DNA from: Candidatus Stahliibacteriota bacterium
GTDB taxonomy: Bacteria; Hydrothermota; Tepidihabitantia; SM23-42
Length of the DNA: 64,000 bases
Direction: 5' to 3'
Assembly: GCA_030602565.1 (NCBI GenBank)
Contig: JAUVZL010000003.1
Span: 4,160 to 68,159, forward strand
In this document: positions 59,858-64,000 of the stretch, in pieces
Layout of the letters: each line of letters begins with the position of its first letter
Numbering within the stretch: position 1 is the stretch's first letter
Notes under the pieces: generated by a model
The model's input: the letters and a program-made list of their open reading frames with translations, nothing else
Database searches by the model: none
What the model was told of the DNA's origin: nothing
Position numbers and translations under genes: made by a program

Positions 59858-62800
59858 ATGCGTAAAATATGGGCATTCTGTATTATATTGGTAATATTCG
59901 GCTCTCTTTTTGGTCAAGAAGGTGCTGAATATCTTATCATTACACATAATAATTTTGCTCAAACTATTAATAGTTTGACAGAATGGAAATATATGAAGGG
60001 GGTACAGACAAAGGTCGTAAAATTATCAGAGATCGGTGAGGATCCATCTAATGAGGATATTAGAAATTTTATTATTACAGCATATAACACCTGGGATCCA
60101 CAACCTGAATATGTGCTCCTTGTGGGTGACATCGGATTCTTGCCGGTGGGGCAGTCTTCTCCGTGTAGGAGTGATAATTATTATGCCAATATGGAAGGTG
60201 ATTTTAAAGCAGAGCTAAGTGTCGGCAGATTTCCATGTCAGACCGCTTGCGAATGTAGCACCATGGCAAATAAAATCATGGCATATGAACGGACTCCATG
60301 GTTGGAAGATACCATGTGGTTTAAAAAGAGCACGATTGTCATCAGATTTGATGATCTTGGTGATACTCTGGGCTATTATGTCCAAGACCTTCGTTATATT
60401 CGTGATACTTGTATGATTCCTGCCGGTTTTAACGTTGATTCGTTATTTAATCGAGCTGGTCAGGGTTGGCATAATCAGGGACCAGATAGTGCTCGCCATG
60501 TTATTAACGTGCTCAATAATGGACGGGGATTTCTTGTCTATCGCGGCGAGTCTGCTCATGATTGGTATTCACCCTTTAACGGAATTCCAGATTCAGTACG
60601 GCTATCAAACGGCTCCAAACTCCCGATAATTTTTGCCGGCGCTTGCACATCAGTTTTAACCGGCAGTAGCGTTGGAGAAAAGTGGCTGAGTGCCGGAACA
60701 CCGGATATGCTCAAGGGTGCAGTTGCTTATATTGGCAATTCTCAAGCTGGTTCTTCTAGTTGGCGGCATCATGTTAATCGTGCTTTCTTTAAAGCAATTT
60801 GCTTAGAGGATAGCCTTATATTAGGGCACGCATTCCTTAGAGCCAAAGACAGTCTTTATGCTAATTATCCAAACTATGAAGCATATTATGTTGAATGTAA
60901 TCTTCTGGGTGACCCCACTCTACAATTGTGGACTGAGGTTCCCAAATCTATGACTGTTCAGCATCCAGATGTAATTGAAATGAATGTTCCTATTGACCTT
61001 GTGATTACAGTTTATGACACAGAATCTCAGTTACCGATTCAGGGTGCCCTGGTTACTCTTTATAAACCTAATGGTTCTGGCCCTGAAATATATGAATCAA
61101 CAATTACTGATGATGAAGGAATGGTTGTTTTTGAAAATCTTACGGTTCCAACATCTGGTATAATGTATGCAACCATTACTTTCCAAAACTGTGTACCGTA
61201 TCAAGGCGAAATTCAGGTTTACCAGATGATGACTGACGACCCATTGGCTTTGGCTTATAATGGTAACCGTCATCTCGTGCGGAAGCCGAACAGTGAAGAA
61301 TTATATCTGGTTTATACAAATGAAGACGAAATAATTTACCGCTATTCATCAAACGGCGGCAATGACTGGTCTTCACCCCTGATTATTGGCGATGGTAAAT
61401 TCCCGGCAATCACCTTAAGCTCTGATTATTTGCCTTCAGTATCCTGGACTGATGATGATGGTGGTTTGTGGTATAGAAGACAAACTGGAGCCGGGCAGTG
61501 GAGCGATATATATCATCTTTGGAATCCTGTAGGCGTTGACCCCTTACGTCTTAACTCACCGCCTTCTATTGCGATTCATGCATCCAATCCAAATACAGTG
61601 CACATTCTTGTTACACGCACTGGAGGACCGCCCCGGGATGTAAACCACAGGGTCGAAGACTATACCTTCACTATTACCATACCTATGCAGGGAACGTTTG
61701 TGCTGATCGAGCAAGCACATGGTCCTCACGATCCACCGCTCCGAACTTTCCCCTCAATTGCACGATGCGAGGTGAACAACTCGCTCCACGCGGTCTGGCA
61801 ACGCAGTGATACAATCTGTTATGCAACAAAACCAAGAAATGATCCGTGGGTGAATTGGGGCCCAGAGTTTGAATTGGATGGTCTTCAATCAGCCCATCCT
61901 TTTGTTGAGACCTATGGGGATTCAATCTTCGTGGTCTGGCAGAGAAAAGAAGGCTTTTACAATTATGAAGAAGTCTATCGAGCAGCGAGACATCTTTCTT
62001 ATACTTTTGGTTGGCGCAACTTCAGTCTAACCCCTGCGACTAAATCTCTCTATCCTGTTAATGCCTCAGGCTTTTTCACGGTCTTTGTTGATTTACCCAG
62101 TCCATATATGAATACCTGGTGGGAAATCTATTATAAAACTCGTCCTCAAGAACCTCTTTATAATATCAGCCGAGCACCTTACACCTGGTCACACTATCCA
62201 CATTCAGCTGCAAGATTCTGTGCCATTAGTGGTTCTAATCTCTACACTGCATGGCTTGAGAAACCAGGGGCTGCATATGCAATACGATTCAAAAGGATTC
62301 ACCATATGCCACGCGATATGGCTTATCTGACCTCTTCTAATGGTCATAACCCTTCCTCTCCTTATCTAATTGCCCGTGACAGTTGCATATCCGAGTGGCA
62401 AATTCCTGTTGATATAGGCTATGAAACAATTACCTATCAATTCCCACTTGAGCCCGGTTATGAGTATAAGCTGAAAGCCGTTGCTTATCATGAGCGTGCA
62501 GACAAGTGGAAGGTGAAGATTAGCATTGATGGCGAAGAGGTCGGAGAAATCGAATATGAGACATACGAACCCGAGACCCTGGAACTCTGGATTCCTGCAG
62601 CATTTTATGCGGATGGTGTCATTAATGTTATTTTCGAGTGCGATGATGGTGATTTTGCCGCAGTAGGTCCAATCTTTATTTATCAGTATGAATACGAAGA
62701 AGGCGAAGGTGGATTCCCGGGCGGACCAATGACGCAGGAAAATCAACCCATAAATAAATTTTCTTTTATGATTACGCCAAATCCATTTATCCAAAACTTA

Positions 62801-63031
62801 AACATTAAATTCCAGAATCAGACTGAAAAAGGGATTAGTGTTAAAGTTTATGATGTTTCTGGTAGGTTGGTAAAGAATCTTTATAAGGGTGTGATAAAAG
62901 GAACCAGCATATTAAAGTGGGATAGTAAAGATGAAACTGGCGGGTCTGTGGCTCAAGGTGTATATTTCTTACAAGTTGAAAATTTTACTTCTGGTGACAC
63001 CTTCTGTAGAAAAATTATTAAGGTAAGGTAG
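59858..63031 (+). CDS. Secreted peptidase C25 (gingipain)-family protein with a type IX secretion C-terminal sorting domain
   Basis: Signal peptide; AGACTS Cys motif, LLGDPTL; C-terminal KVYDVSGRLVKNLYKG...GVYFLQV T9SS CTD. Confidence 0.7.
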   Translation: MRKIWAFCIILVIFGSLFGQEGAEYLIITHNNFAQTINSLTEWKYMKGVQTKVVKLSEIGEDPSNEDIRNFIITAYNTWDPQPEYVLLVGDIGFLPVGQSSPCRSDNYYANMEGDFKAELSVGRFPCQTACECSTMANKIMAYERTPWLEDTMWFKKSTIVIRFDDLGDTLGYYVQDLRYIRDTCMIPAGFNVDSLFNRAGQGWHNQGPDSARHVINVLNNGRGFLVYRGESAHDWYSPFNGIPDSVRLSNGSKLPIIFAGACTSVLTGSSVGEKWLSAGTPDMLKGAVAYIGNSQAGSSSWRHHVNRAFFKAICLEDSLILGHAFLRAKDSLYANYPNYEAYYVECNLLGDPTLQLWTEVPKSMTVQHPDVIEMNVPIDLVITVYDTESQLPIQGALVTLYKPNGSGPEIYESTITDDEGMVVFENLTVPTSGIMYATITFQNCVPYQGEIQVYQMMTDDPLALAYNGNRHLVRKPNSEELYLVYTNEDEIIYRYSSNGGNDWSSPLIIGDGKFPAITLSSDYLPSVSWTDDDGGLWYRRQTGAGQWSDIYHLWNPVGVDPLRLNSPPSIAIHASNPNTVHILVTRTGGPPRDVNHRVEDYTFTITIPMQGTFVLIEQAHGPHDPPLRTFPSIARCEVNNSLHAVWQRSDTICYATKPRNDPWVNWGPEFELDGLQSAHPFVETYGDSIFVVWQRKEGFYNYEEVYRAARHLSYTFGWRNFSLTPATKSLYPVNASGFFTVFVDLPSPYMNTWWEIYYKTRPQEPLYNISRAPYTWSHYPHSAARFCAISGSNLYTAWLEKPGAAYAIRFKRIHHMPRDMAYLTSSNGHNPSSPYLIARDSCISEWQIPVDIGYETITYQFPLEPGYEYKLKAVAYHERADKWKVKISIDGEEVGEIEYETYEPETLELWIPAAFYADGVINVIFECDDGDFAAVGPIFIYQYEYEEGEGGFPGGPMTQENQPINKFSFMITPNPFIQNLNIKFQNQTEKGISVKVYDVSGRLVKNLYKGVIKGTSILKWDSKDETGGSVAQGVYFLQVENFTSGDTFCRKIIKVR

Positions 63032-63088
63032 TAATAATAAAAGATGGGGGTGAGGCTGTATGCCTCACCCCCATCCTAAAGGAGGAAA

Positions 63089-64000
63089 ATGATTATTTTA
63101 TTAATGTTACCATTCTTATTTAGTAACTTCGTGCAGAAGTGGTATATTCCTCAGGGAGTAAGTGGTTTTGGCAATACGATAATTCAGATTTTGGATACTG
63201 ACCGGGATGGTAATTTAGAATTCGTTTTCACTACATACGGAAGCTGGCCTGCTTATCTTCATTTTTACGAACTACATCTACCTGATGTATGGGAAATAGA
63301 TTCAGTGCCACTTCCTGGTGGAGATCTTCTATGGGATTCAGGAGACTTTGATGGAGATGGACTTTATGATCTTGCTCTGCAATTTCACATTGAGAATCCA
63401 TCATTGGCGGATGGGATAATGGTTTTTGAATCCCCTGATTCTTTTTCATATCCTACAGATGAGGTATGGCGGGATACGGTGGGCTCTGCGTTGGTCACAC
63501 CGATTTGTGCATATGATATCGATCAAGACGGGATACCCGAGATTGTCAAAGTGCTCGGTGACTATATTCATCTGCACATCTATGAGACTATCGGCAATAA
63601 TATATACGATAAAATTGCTGAAATTACCACGTCTTCAACACATAATTCTTCATCAACACTTGCCTTTGGCGATTTTGATTCAGACAATCAAAACGAATTT
63701 GTGTGGGGCTATTCTGCAGGTGAGTATAGCATTTGGGAGTGTACAGGCAATAACTCATATCAGGAAATTCTTCTTCAACAACTACCTACCGTCAACATCA
63801 AGGACTGTTTTTCTGTACCTGATGCTGATTTAGATGGCAAGATGGAGTTTATTGTTAAGGGTTATTGGGTTTATGGCACAATTGATGCTTTTATATTTGA
63901 AGCAACTGGTGATAATACATACGAAATAATTAAGACCTTCACACTGCCTGGTGGTGATTATTATGGTGGTTATTCTGATGCTGGAGATGTGGACGGAGAC
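63089..64000 (+). CDS. FG-GAP/VCBS-repeat secreted protein, 3-prime-partial (runs off the window)
   Basis: Open frame to the window end with AGGAGG RBS; repeated D-x-D-G-D calcium-binding-type motifs (DFDGDGLYDL, DIDQDGIPEI, DADLDGKMEF). Confidence 0.6.
   Translation, partial: MIILLMLPFLFSNFVQKWYIPQGVSGFGNTIIQILDTDRDGNLEFVFTTYGSWPAYLHFYELHLPDVWEIDSVPLPGGDLLWDSGDFDGDGLYDLALQFHIENPSLADGIMVFESPDSFSYPTDEVWRDTVGSALVTPICAYDIDQDGIPEIVKVLGDYIHLHIYETIGNNIYDKIAEITTSSTHNSSSTLAFGDFDSDNQNEFVWGYSAGEYSIWECTGNNSYQEILLQQLPTVNIKDCFSVPDADLDGKMEFIVKGYWVYGTIDAFIFEATGDNTYEIIKTFTLPGGDYYGGYSDAGDVDGD

Overview
This is a low-GC (about 40%) bacterial chromosomal window. The secreted 1057-aa peptidase C25 gene ends in a type IX secretion C-terminal sorting domain, which points to an FCB-group or related candidate-phylum organism; an A/V-type ATPase and a GH57 branching enzyme are also present. 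Core content: an exbB-exbD-exbD-tonB cluster behind a TPR protein (2-4203). A complete Tol-Pal cluster in the order pal-ybgF-tolQ-tolR-tolA-tolB (29520-33848, minus strand). A/V-type ATPase genes for the soluble sector only (atpC-F-A-B-D), with a GxxExxY nuclease-like gene inserted between atpB and atpD, preceded by a signal-peptide-less peptidase C25-like gene and a 92-aa gene that overlap one another and atpC by 4 nt (ATGA). Also sucCD, the thrS-infC-rpmI-rplT-pheS-pheT-(small coiled-coil ORF)-zapA-rny block, apt, acyP, pcm, hypD, two radical SAM genes, a GGDEF cyclase, a 1360-aa fused CoA-enzyme activase, cmk and three tRNAs (Pro-CGG, Pro-TGG, Ile-GAT). Accessory content: a roughly 5-kb island between a CPBP protease gene and rny (43.2-48.2 kb). 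It carries a class II fic gene flanked by the two halves of a broken COG2865 (AlbA_2 / HATPase_c_4 / wHTH) gene, a GIY-YIG nuclease, and an HTH-Panacea antitoxin with a RelE/ParE-like toxin. All are embedded in duplicated about-250-bp segments, tandem 49-bp units and a duplicated copy of the rny 3-prime end. There is also an IS21 remnant (istB C-terminal fragment plus terminal repeats), two copies of a MITE-like element with about-30-bp terminal inverted repeats, and at least three families of short palindromic intergenic repeats, one of which shows compensatory stem covariation. Several consensus sigma70-like promoters lie almost directly on start codons (thrS, the C25-like gene). No CRISPR array or rRNA was seen.
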